Shown: in pieces, positions 1 through 13,200 of the stretch
Numbering within the stretch: the stretch's first letter is position 1
How the letters are laid out: the number at the start of each line of letters is the position of its first letter
Notes under the pieces: generated by a model
Databases searched by the model: none
Told to the model about the DNA's origin: nothing
What the model saw: only the letters and a program-made list of their open reading frames with translations
Translations under genes and position numbers: made by a program
DNA from: Phallusia mammillata
Lineage: Eukaryota
Assembly: GCA_965637545.1 (NCBI GenBank)
Contig: OZ281497.1
Span: 19,530,001 to 19,594,000 of the forward strand
Reading direction: 5' to 3'
DNA length: 64,000 bases

Positions 1-1212
1 ACCCTGGAAGCCTGTAAACATACCACAACACCGGAAGACAGCAGAAGTGATTGACGTCAAGCAAACTGCACGATCTGTCGCACTGCAGATCCAAACGAAA
101 GGAATTTGGATTTGCTGGGGCTTGATTCGTCAATGTGTCCGTGATTGGCACCGCCAAAGGGTCGCATCTGGCAACTGGCAACGTCGATGAGATTCCTTCG
201 TCCACTCGTGGGAATTCCGTACACGTTTGGCAGCGCTATTGGGGCAGCAAGATGTCAATGGACATTTACTTAACGGTCACGTTCGCAATGTCCTGCATGA
301 TTCATTTCTGCAATATCGGAAACATTTGCACTCAATGTTTCCTGCCAGGGTACAATAACCGCAAAATAACCTTGGAATCAATCCCATCATATCTCTTGCT
401 TGTTGAGTTGCTATTTCTGTATCACACAGTTGGTTGGACGCCGAGTACGGGTTAGAATCGGGTGTAGCGCACCTTTCTGCTCTAGTGGGACGTTTTGAAT
501 TTACTTATTTGTTTAATCCTGTCAGCTTTTAGCTTGCGGCGCAAATGCCGTCAAGCAAATGGGCTTTTCTTGTTGAAGCGATTTGCAGCGCTTGCCTAAT
601 TAAATATTTATTTAGATCCATGAATGGTTTTTCCAACTAATGTTTCTCGTGAAAACGTTTAACCTGAAACGCATCGCAGTTGATTGAAGAGGGAAATGTG
701 GGGACTCTTCCGTTACTTGTGAAAACACCTTCGCTTCAGCAAAATACCTTTCCTTACAACACGGACTAGCAATTAAATCGGCGGATTTTGGTTTATAAAC
801 GCGACATATCGACCGAGTGATTGGCATTTGGTGTGGTAAGGTGCTTTTATTCGTAGACCTGCGTGCTTAGGCCACAGATCATGGATTTCGCACGTAAGAA
901 CCATAAACCAATAAAGACAAGAGGTTGCGAGTGCTGGTTCTATCGACCGGTGACTACACAACATAGGACTCCGTTTAACCTGTGGATTAAAGCGGGTCGG
1001 GGAAGAGGGCACTTACACAAGCTACGTTTACCAGCTTTCGATCGATGCGTGGGACTCAGTGACAAGTGCTGCTTGATTTATTGTTTACTGCTTGTTTTCA
1101 CACTAATTGAATCGGCCCTCCAAGAGCAGGTGGCGTATGTTGATGGGCCTCTTTGTGATTGGCTGTTTCTTGTCCGTCACTATATGACGTCATAACTGGT
1201 ACGAGCATCTAT

Positions 1213-1280
1213 CAGGGGTCACCAAACTTTTTTCACTGCGGGCCGGATAAGTTTAATAATGATTCGCGCGGGCCGCATGG
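1213..1280 (+). mobile_element. Solo left end of a hAT MITE
   Basis: CAGGGGTCACCAAACTTTTT followed by two GCGGGCCG motifs; no matching right TIR seen. Confidence 0.55.
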
Positions 1281-4200
1281 TTTACAAGCGCCCTCTTTCC
1301 AACTTGTGTTTGTCTCTGTTTCAAAGCTGACCAGAAGGCTCCTGCTTTCATTCAACGAATATCGTAAAACTTTTGTTTTCAGGTCCTAAGATAAGTATAA
1401 AAAAAAATTTGTGCCGGCACATAGGTAGGAGGGGACATGCGTAAAATTACGAAAAGTTACCTAATTATTATTATCAACTTAACAAATCAAAACAAATCTT
1501 TCTTCCGAAAGATTTTCTTGCTTGGAAAATACGTCGAATAAAAGCACGTTTGTATGTGATTATGAATTTGGTACGACTTTAAGCTTAAAGCAACTTATAC
1601 CAAGTGAGATTTTTTGCGAATGTTCCAACCGCAACTGGTTTATCTTTGACCCAAACTGCCTTTAAACCGTGTATCGCAGTAATCCGGACAAAAGCGCATC
1701 TTGTTGACTGGGGTTGCCGAGACGCGTGACGTGTTTCAGTCACAACAAGGAAACCACAGAGCACGACGAAGGCATAAATTTTGCAAGTCGTGTCAGGCGA
1801 TGTTTGCATGCACGAACTTCTCAGTTCAGGGCGAGCCAAGTTTTTGCACAGTTATGACTTTGCAGTTCCACGTTTCACACTCAATCGTGAATGGCAAATT
1901 GTTGGGATATGGCATCAGGTGGCAATCTGCTGCCAAATTGACGCGCATAGTTTCCCTGGGAAAACGCATTTCGCCGGGTTCGTGCAAGGACGCTTACGAT
2001 GGAAAGAACCCCTGTTGTCAGCGATATGTAAAAACCCAATTTCCGACCTATTTGCATTTTTCGATTTATTGCTTTTACGATCGAAAGCGAAATGACAAAT
2101 ATGTTATTTCAAGGTCTAGACGTCTCACAAATATGCAGTTGTCAAATGTGATATAGCCATACATCAACACGATCTGTAAACTATAATATATCGAAAAGCA
2201 AAATTTAACAAAAAACTGAGTTGTTCTTTCCCAAGCTAATGCGGTAAAGTTTGTTTTTCAACACGAGTTTAGCTATTGTATATTATTTTGGAGAAACATA
2301 TGGTTCCAAAAACAAATTTACACAGAACAACTCTAACAACCTTTGACTACCCTTACTTTAAAAACAGAAACGATTTGTCAAAAGTCAAATGTCTACAAAC
2401 ATACAACCAACCGGCTAATGTCGACAATACAAACAGTATTTTGCGCTCGCAAATCATCAATATATTCAACAACCTTATACGACTCCCGACGTAGAACAAA
2501 TAGAAGTGCCCTAGGGGGTCAAGGAGGCACCTTTGTCTCTGATCTTATCAACACAGGATTAGACTGGCAGGCTACAATTCTGTAGGCAATCGGATGCCAC
2601 TACAACATCCGAGTCTTCCCGAGTAAGGTTTATGCACTGATTTGCGTGTGGATCCAGGCCAGCCGTTGACCCTATAGGACGTCTGCTGTGGATGGATCCG
2701 ACCTGAATTGCAACCTTGAAGGATCGAAAAGTTTGACTCGATATGTCAACACAGCGTTGTTCAAGTGCACAAGAGAAAGCAAAAGGGGAGTTTTAAGATT
2801 CGCAAGCACCATGAGTTTCTGACCTTTTTCATGGCAGACGCGTAAAGTGAAGAGCACCCGTGAGGGCAAAGCAGTTTTTTTGGCAACGGTATGGGACAGA
2901 CTTTAAAACTTGGTGTTGAAAGGTTTATAGTTTGATGTTTATTTAACTCCGTCGGACCGCTTAATTGGTCTTCTCGCAGTATTTCATCGGTTTTGAAGTA
3001 AGTTTAATTCTGATTAATAATCTGCAAGCAAACGCGAGGCACGATCAAGCGCAGGTAAACGAGGAAAGGTATAAATTAATGAGAAGTCAAGGTTTTGAAT
3101 ATTACCAACGCTTAAAGTGTTTATTATAGGCCATTAATCATCAACATCGGATAAAGCAGTCGGCAAAGGCTGTTTGCGGAGTTGTATACATGTTGGCCGA
3201 GGTGAGGGATTCTGTGTTTTATAGTTCACTTGTTCGTGCAGAATGCGGTCTAAGGATTTAGTGTGATAAAGTTGTAGATAATCTTATGACAGCAAATTAG
3301 GTTTATGTCTCGTGTTGGTTGGGCTGGGCAGGCCAAAACTCAAGCTGCGTGCTTCCGTGGTTGCTGATCGCAATTAACAAGGCTCAGAGCTGACCTAGAC
3401 AGCAATGAGAATCTCTTGGCGCCGCAATTTGTTCCGATGAGATTCGGTGCATGTAATAATCGGATGATCGCTGCATCACAACACTCTGGAATTATCGTTG
3501 TGTCAGGGTGGCCCAACGATACTTAACCGCAAACCTAAAGCCTACACACGCTTCACTGTATCGTATAAGATATAACCGTAGCCTATTTAAATGCTAACGG
3601 TGGTCATCCTGCGATTGTTTACGGTCATTTGCAAAATCCATACGGTTACAGCCTTATGGGTATGCTGCGCGGAAGTTAAATATCAGCTTAGGCTCGGGCA
3701 CCGCTAATTCTTTGTTTTGTGTGCGTCAAGACAACCACGGATTCTGCGCAAACCGAAGTAAGAATTTGCATCGGCGAGCCGCCTATAACGCGTCCGAGCG
3801 AGTTTCGAGCGCTCTACCTACCACAGTCGAGTTGTTGCGTCAATAAAGTGACAATAATATATCCCGTGCGCCCGTGCGATTTACCGATAGCCGCTGACGT
3901 CAATCAGGTTGTGCCGGGATTATCGAAGTTTTTGCTGTAAACTCTCAAGCGTTCGGGTTTGCGTTTATTGAACGTCCTAAAAGTTAGTCTTCATCCGATT
4001 AGACGGCATTTTTGCGACGACAATGAAATAGTGTAACGTATACTGTTTAGCTTGTAGTCGATAAGGGATGAACGTTAAAATGAACACGCCAAACCTGTAT
4101 GGTGGTAAAACAACATGTGAAGTATTTTGTTGTATAATCAAGAGGCTTTATTAGTTTTGTGCTGGAGTAGATTCGCTTATTATAATAAACAACACGACAA

Positions 4201-7200
4201 CTTGCAACTTGCATATTACCAATGCAGTGTGTGGTTTTTAATTAAAACTGAAAACTCAAATATGCTACGAAATCGTGTGACAATTAATATAGGAGTGGTA
4301 TAGGGAATTCATTTAAACGCAAAAATTGCAAGACGGGCCGTAATCTTTATTAATGATCAATCTAATTGGTTTAGTATCGTATATTTTACCATTAGACGGA
4401 AGTTGTGGCGACGTAATGTGTTGCAAACACCATCCGGAAAATCCACTGACTCAGTAAATCCCAAATCGATACAGGTTTTGTCCCATGCCCCAAAAACTGG
4501 GGTTGAAGGCATTGGGTGACGAAAAACATTTAAACTTTAATACATGAATTTTCACACCATATGCCGTGTGGGAGTATTGATATTGTGCCCAGTTCAAACT
4601 TTATATCTGTCGCATAATCGAAGTAGATGCTTCCTTTTAACAAGTCATTAAAATGTTTAACATTACAATGCAATGTAACGAAACTTAAAAACACAAAATA
4701 AAGGTGGGGCAGGTTGGTGTATTGTGCCCTGCAACAAGTGTTTTTACGTGTGTTTGCAAATGGGCGAAAGGCATAAGATAAGTTGCTACTTTATTTTGAT
4801 TCTTTGGCAATTATAGATTGATTGGTGTATTTTAAACCAAATCACAATCATATAACAACTCGCTCCAATCGGTTTCACCTCAGCACGCGTTTTGTCGTTG
4901 CGCTTTATAAAATGTCGTGGTTAAAACAATCTTTCAGTTTCGTCGCGGCAAACACTGGAACAGCAACCCCACCGTGGTGTGCAAAGGGGCAAAAGATGTG
5001 GGACCAAGATGTGCTGGCAGCGGGCCCCGGCGGCTTAGCCAAACACTGTAATTGGAGGAACGCAATTTTACTCTTAGGAAAGGCGAATGTCTGTTTTGAG
5101 TGCGCGTAATTTGACACGGTACGGATTCGCCTGAGCATGTCGACTTGCCGCTCACCGAGAGGATTTCGGCGTTAACAGACGAATGTGTCATCCTCTGCGG
5201 GGCCCTGCTGCATGGAGTGCGATTGCAAGTCTATGGGCAAGTACCAAAAGTGTTTTTACTTGGTTTTTTACGTGTGTGGGCGATAGGCATACACTTTATG
5301 TACTACGATAAGTTGCTACTTTATTTTGATTTCTTGACAATTACTTTGTTTTGCGTTTTAGATCCTTGCACTCCCAGGCGGGAGAGAGCGGCAGGCCCAT
5401 TAGAACAAAAAAATGCGAGCACGCCCAAGCGTCCCAAATGTTTTGACTACAAATGTTGTCCGTGTGTGGATCTACACTACCTTCGAAAGACACAATTTTT
5501 CCTAATTACCCGATAGACTCAAGGAATAATGAATAAAAATTACCGATTGATTCGAATTTAGAAACACCTCCCGTTCCCTTCTCCTTTTCTTAAGCGATCT
5601 CCCAAAATGGCAACGGCGATGGGGCATTCCTTTCTTACTCAAATGTGATTTTATGGCTGACATTTCGTGTGCGCTATGGGTTCAATGCAAACCAATTGGA
5701 CTTGGGTGGTCTGAGAGTGCTTGGGCAACAACATCATACAACAACTAACTGCAAAGGCATCGCGTTGACAGGCTCGGATCTGCGTCTATGCTCTTGATGC
5801 CCTTTGTGCCGTAAGTGGCGCGATGCTCTGGAGCGGCACAGGTTGTGTGTTACGAAAACATTGCTTAAAAGGGAAATGCAATTTACTATCGCACTTTTGT
5901 GGTGATATTTCAATGCGATGTGCGTAGTTCGTCAAGCGTGTGTTATTTCACCCGACGTTCCACAAGTTGTTGCACAGCGATTTTCCGCTTGTCTGGATTC
6001 GTAACACGCCGCAAAACGTTCGGTAATTCGCTTCCAAACGCAATATTACAGCATAATGGGATATGTCTCGCTTAGAGATTATCCCCTGTTGCCGCGTGTC
6101 TCAGAGAGCGAATCGCGGTTTCGAATTGCAACTAGTCGCTTTGAAATGAAGCCACAACCATTTGCCGCCTTAGCGCGAACTTGGAATTTGATGAAAGTGC
6201 CGAGGTGGCGATAGACGGTCCACAGGGATTCACTTAATGCTGCTGGAGCGCCGCCTCAACAAACCTCGCTTGGGATTGGTCTCCGAGTTAAGAGGTTTTC
6301 ATAGAAACAAAACTTGTTGTGCACAGAAAAGATCACTTAAATTTAGAAAAAACAAAATAAAGCCTGTGTGGGTTCAGAAATCATTTGCCTCGCCACTTTA
6401 TAAGCATAGGCTTCAAATTACAATTTACATTTTTTCGAACATAGAATATCACAACCTTTTTTGGCAAAAATGCGCTCTTTTGCATTTAAAACAAAAACTG
6501 GGCAGACAGGCTTTTGCAGTTTATGCAATTTTCCTAATTAATTTGTTATCCAAGCACTCTTGTAAAGAGGAGTAAAAACTATTTACACAAACCGTGTAAA
6601 ATACAACTCTTGCTATAACAACTTGCAGCAAAATTTTTACTTTCATCAATTACACTTACGTCATCGAGGGTTTTCATTTATCAACTCTTGGGTGTATCGC
6701 ATTGTAACCGCTCTGCCCATCGTTTATCCTTTCGAGTCGCCTTTTAATTTTCCCGTGTTTACAGTTTGTTTAAGCGACCGACCGGGGAAAAAACGCTCAG
6801 GCCTCCGCACTTGGCAAGGTTGTTTCGACTGTCTACACAGCTGCAATGACCCGGATTAGTGAGCCCGTCAACTTGGGGTTGCTCGGGCGTGCTACAGGAG
6901 GGGCGGCCATGTTTTCTAAACAGCGATCACCTTTTCACTAACTTTAAGGGGCACTGTACAAGAGCTATGGGATCAAATGAATATTTGATGTTAAATGTAC
7001 CGGAATGTACCGAGTAAAGTTTAAGGCCTCTCCATCGACTTGATTGACTTGTTTTTCACGTCATACTACTTATAAAGGAACACGGCGTTTACGTTACAAC
7101 AACTACCGCTTTTCTGTTGAGATGTTCAGTGTCAAAACAAATGTACAGAGTTTGTCTGCGCCGCTGATGCCTCCGATGTCAACGTATTAGGACCTTTCCT

Positions 7201-10200
7201 TTTTGTCCTGTAACCGCAGTGTTGTCTCAATGTCAGTGCCGAGAGTTTCTATCAATAATCGCGTACTTAACATCGCGACGTCGCAAGCTCATAGACCAAT
7301 TCAGTCCTGAGAAGGTGGGTCTTTGATGGGCCCTGGATCGCCGCTTGAGTTATTGTCGCTGCGCGTTGTCTAAGGGGGCGTCGGTTGGTGTTTTTTTAGC
7401 GACTCCCTCGTTCAACTGATTCATTCGCCACGCTCAGTTGCACCATTAAGCGCCAATGAAACATCGCCCTATGCGATCACGTGGATATAGGGTACTCGGC
7501 GACAATATGCGGTAATGGTCCGATCCCGGAAGAGCCTTGAATGGCCCATCACAATACGTCATACCAGGTCCTTTGTCCAACGGAACATGCTCCTCTAGCC
7601 TTTATGCGCCAACCGCTCGCGACGCTCGTTAATTATTTATGGATATTATTTCATTCAGTCGCTGCAGCCCAATCGTTTATCCGAAAATTTCGCGCGGCCC
7701 GTATTTGTGCGGGGCTGGTCCCCGGGTCTTTGTGTGCATCGACCTGATTGACATCTCCGCTCCTTTGTCAGTTCTCCTCTCGAGGGATGCTGTAAGTGAC
7801 GCGTCTGCTCGATGAAATTCCACTGGCGCAAGTCGTGTTTGTATTGCGCCCAACCTTGTGGGTGACGCTTATTGTGTGTTATTATGGACTGGCAATGTTT
7901 GTGGGGCCCTATAATTGTTTTGCATTATTTTGTATGATTTGGTGAGGCATGGATTTTCAGCCTGTTACTCCCGACAAACGTGAGTGTTTTCAGCAAATGT
8001 TTTATTTCCAACTGCACTGATAAGATCTCTTAGGTCGAAACAGTGTGCTCCGTTTGCAGAAATTATTCCTATATGCATATCGTGATGCTTTGGCAATTAT
8101 TTGTATGAGGGATTCGTTTTATCTATCCAGGGGATTAAGGGGAATTCACATTTCTCTCTTCTCTTTTTGAAATCGCCAAAAGGAGGTATTGTCGTTCCGT
8201 ATACGTTTGTTTGGTTGCGATATAAAGCGCGGAAAGCTTTCTCGATGCTAAAATGCTTCGTAGTCGATAGTTAGGACTTTCGCAAAGGGCAAGGCACACT
8301 ATAGTTTTAGGCACTTAAACAAAACTTTGACTATATTTTACGCGTACTTGGACGTGAAATCGTTGTTATGACACCCCGCCCTGACTTTAAGCGCAAGGGT
8401 ATGCAACATATACTTCCTTTGCAGCCCACTGAGCTGAATCGCTTGTGTACTTCCACTCGGTGGCCAGATACTACAACTTAAAAAAACATCCACGAATTGA
8501 AGGGCTCCGATTTCGCAACTGTAACGCGATCTGCAAAGTATCCAAAGCTTCTGGTCCAGCTGCCTAGCGCCGCTTTGGCAATGACTGTTGATACAGGCCG
8601 TCGTGGGTTGGTTGCCATACGCCCTGGCTAATATTTGGTCTCCACAAACACATGGCGGTGTATAAATGATAAGGTATGTGTGATGATTATTGTTTTAGCA
8701 CTCCAGGTATGAGCTGCGTTCGGGCGCATGCTTTTATGTGCAATGCAAATGCCATTGAGTATATTCAAGGGTCGTTTGTCGTAGGTGTGTTGAAGGATGG
8801 TATACATTGTCAAAATTCGTATACCAGCCAATTGCTTTATATCATTGGGCGAGTCACATATGGTTTCTCTAAATTAAACTAAAACAACTAAACTGCTTTG
8901 ATAAGAATGTAACCAATAAACACCTTGTGTTGAAAATAAAAAAGTACTGTTTTTGAAAACTTTTTCTGAGTAAACGTTACAAAGTAATAATTTATAGCAT
9001 TATCGACTAACTATATAATTTGGATTTGAAACAGCCACTCAAGATTAGCAACAAAATCAGCCGAAACCTCTTCCAGACTTACGATGGGACGAAACCTGTG
9101 GGGCAACAGCCTTTAAATCTTCCACAAATAAAACCCAAAGCCCGAAGCCAATTTGACGATAAGTGGCCGACATCTTACCCGAAAACAAACAAACCTACAA
9201 CAACCAGTAATTCAGTTGAACACAAAGACACGGACCCACAGAATTGCAGGAAAATAACAAAATCCCGCTCAATACCGATCGATCACCGTGTTCTCGCGTC
9301 AGATTCTTTTCTTCATTGCCGTCGCTTGACGAATCGCTTGTCCGTTCCTAATTCTGCTATACACAGCGACACATCAGAAATATCGGAAGTTGTGTCTGTC
9401 CAGCCTTTGTGCAGAGCCTACGTTGATCGTGCATTCCTGAGAGCTGAAGTCGTGTTTGTCGATGTTGACCCGTCTCTAAACTTGAATGATCACGTCAATG
9501 CACGCCCAAGATCTGACGAGCCGTTGTTTTCGGCCGAAATCAGATTAGTCGAGAAAATGGCGCCGATACTAGTGTGACGCATCCTATCATTAATTCATTG
9601 CAACGCTCTGGAAAGGCTATGGACAAATACAAACATGTTTCGTAACAAATGACCTTTGTAGTTTAAGTTAAGTTTTAACTTCTAACACGTTGTTGCGCCT
9701 TTTAAAAATTATATTCTATGACCTTTGTTTTGGCTCCTTTGCTTGCCGCGTGAACGGGTCTCATTTGTCAATCGCACCTAGACATAATCTATTCTGAAAT
9801 CACTCCATCGCACTTATGCATGTCCAAGCTAAGCATGCTATAAAAGTTTAATGTCCCTGCCAGCAGCGGGAACAGTTTTCTGTGAGTGTAGAGGCACCAC
9901 AGAAGCTATAGGCAATCAGCAACGGGTCACCTGCTTCAATTAGCGAAATGAATCTTTCATGTTCCGTTCGTTCGCTCATGTAAACCGACTTTAGAGAATC
10001 ATTGGTATGCTTTTGCTTTTGTTTGTAGCTCTGATGTAAACAAGTAGTTTTTGCTTGTTGCAGAAGCAAGTCATAAAATTTTTTGCCGACTTTAATACTT
10101 GTAAGTGTGCTGTTGGGTCCCCTTTGGCCAGAGTAAGTTATAAGTAAATGTTGGCAGTGAAGGTTTAATTAAAATCGAATAAAGGCTTTAGAAAAGTAGA

Positions 10201-13200
10201 ACCGAAGAGCACATTAACAAGCGATCATTTCCAATATTTGCAAATACTGTTGAATTGTTTCTACCTCAGACTATATACGTCTCTGTGCATATAGTAAGGC
10301 AAGTTATAATTTGAATCGCAAATAAAGAAAGTATCCAGTGATGCTACCCTGTATTCTCCATTTTTCTTGTGGTCTAATGATTATTGCTATGTGGTTAGTT
10401 AATGCGTTCTACATGCTCACACCGAAGCCTATGTTTACCAAACTGAAAACCCGGCGACGGCGACAGGCCGAAAGTTATGATTACATTGAATCTGTCAGTC
10501 ACATAGGTTTCGCGCTACTTCGCCCGATAACTGGTATTTCTGTTTCCGCTTGAAACACGATCGTAGAATCGCGCGAAGGCCACTCGTTGCTCGTTCCCCG
10601 TCAGCTAAACGTAAACTTGTAAACTTACGGCCACACCGATTCTCTGGTATTAAGTGTTCACCACTTCTCCTATCTGTCCAAGCCGATTAACTGTCAACAA
10701 ACAAGACCACGGCGATATTCAGTGTGCTTAATGAGTCGAAATGAGATGCACGTTCGATATGCTGTTGTGTTGCGTACTGGGTGCTACATTGTCGAGGATT
10801 TTGTGCGGTTGTGTAATGGATAAGCGTTTCTCAATCACCAGGAGTTTTAGCCATTTTCTTGAGCGCGGTTGGCAACTAATTCTGTTTGTATTAAAGATTT
10901 GATCTTAGTTTACATGATTTTGCTATAATTAAAAAGCGTGCTGTATAAAACTGTGCAAAGTGGTCCGATGGTCCAACCACCAACACCATTTAGTTTGCTT
11001 ACTGCATAATTTTTGTGGAGAAAACAAATGCAGACAGATGATTAAGTTAGGCCGTTTTTTTTCTATGGGTTGTTCCACAGAAATACGATTCAATTACCCA
11101 AAGTTCGTCGGCTCTCAGTAAAGCGTTTAATTTTAATTTCAAATTCTTATAGGACGAGATAAATCAGATGGACGAGTATGTCAAAGAAAATTTAATCTAG
11201 ACAGTTTCTTTGCAAAAAAAGTAACGGAATCGTAAAAACAAAATATATTTGTGTTTTTCCTGCTTCATAAAAACCGTGTACGGAAAAATCAGATAACAAC
11301 CCGCGGGTGTGTAATGCCTATTTTCGCGTGTTGTCTTGCGGTTGGCCCTTGTCAAGATGCGAAAGACAAAATGAGATAATAATCGGTCTTTGTCGCTGCA
11401 GCTAGATTAGGTGCTACTCTAGTGGATTTTATCCCACAGAATATGCTCCTTCGGCATCCTTGTATGTCGTGTTTACTGACCCGTTACCGCAATCACGACA
11501 GTAATAGTTCGTATCTAGGATAATACGCACAATAAGCGTTTTTGAATCATCATTGAACGATCACCGCCCAACTGCCTGTTGTCTCTGCAAGCCTGGTTGT
11601 AGTGTTCACACATCGTCATTAAACATCTCCTTGGCGTCGTCGGATGAAATTCGCGGCCGGACGGCACTTAACAATCGCACAGTTGGTAGCCACATCCGCC
11701 TCGGGTTGTTTGGACATTGTCATCCCGGTGAGAAACGATTGCGCCTCGTAATGAGCGTGATAATACACTGTCTGTATGGAAATCAGAGAAAAGTCAATTA
11801 AGTGATGTTAATTATTTCCAAAGACAGGCGAGAATAACTTTAAGGTTTTTTCCTGTTCTGTTATGTTCACATGGTAATGATGACGTTGGTTCAGGGCTAG
11901 ACGGCACGCGGCTCCATAGATCAAGTGCGAACTATGTCAGTTACGCCCAAGAGCTTTTGCCGAGCCAATAAATTTAAATCGCGAAGTCCAAATTGGTAAT
12001 AGTTATCACGTAACGTGTGTGGCAAACCGCATATATTCATTTCAGACTCAAACTTGACAATTTTAAATCCATAAACTCGAACGAGGTAATACCTGACTAA
12101 AATCGTACGTTTATAAACCTTTAGTGTATTCAATTAAACTTACAAAGAGTATTTTGACTGTCAAAAAACTATTCTCCTGTTTATGTATTCTGGTCCATGC
12201 AGATACGAATATAAATGGAAATGCGGCACATTGGGGGTCTTTAAAAACGGCCAATCAAAGTGTTTTACGTCAAGTGTGGTTTTGATACGTATATATTAGG
12301 GTTTCAAACGCTCCATTTGCTGCCATTTTTGTCCTTATGTCAAATCAATGCTAATTGAGGAAGTTGTCATCGATTGTTGACATTCCCGCTCGCTTTAATC
12401 CCAGTCCCTCGATAGCGAGTAAAAATTTCCACAATAGTATCGACAACTGCCCTTTTCCTTCCGCCCCAAGCCTGCGCAGTGTATTATGGCAACATCGCTC
12501 AGTTAAGGCGATTTAAATACAGCTCTTGCCTGGGCTTGGGTTGCCCTTTACTTTCGTTATTGGACAGTTAATTAACCTGATATTAGTCGAGCTCAAAAAG
12601 GTCGCAAGGCATTTGATCCAGAAGGTACCGCGTCGTATTTGTTTTTTTTGTTCTTAAAAGTCAATTAACGGCATCCACTGTTTGCTGATGACTTTTAACT
12701 TTGCGCTGCTAATGGCGCGCCACCTCTTCGCGCAGTCGTGTGAAATGGATTCCCTGGGAGTGAACTTGAATATTGACTTCGACCGAGCATTGGCCGCTGT
12801 GAAAATTATGTTTCCATACCGGGTGCTGGGTCGGGACCGCTTGCTGAGCTCTTTCACCGTTGTTTCACGCTTCAATTCGCGAGAAAGCTACCTCTGTATT
12901 TGTGCCGCCGACGAGGTGCAGCCCTGGCGCGACCAGCCTCAATATTCAGTCGTTTCCCACGTACTTGCACTTGACAATTACCACCCGAGAGCCATAATCG
13001 CTCGTCAGTCGTTCATGCAAAGTCCATTCAAAGCGGCGTTTTTATAGGAGCGGCTGCGCCTGGAATTCAAATTTGAGCGATCGGGGACAATCGTTTATCT
13101 TCATTCCGCCACCCGCAAAACTTTTAGGCTTACCAGAATTGGAACACGCTTTGGGTGAACATGATCCAGTTCAAATTACGTCCATTTTTCGCCATTTATC

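Noticed and set aside
9020-9577. 185-aa ORF
   Set aside because: Non-ATG start, no recognisable domain, and no convincing flanking splice sites that join it to a gene.
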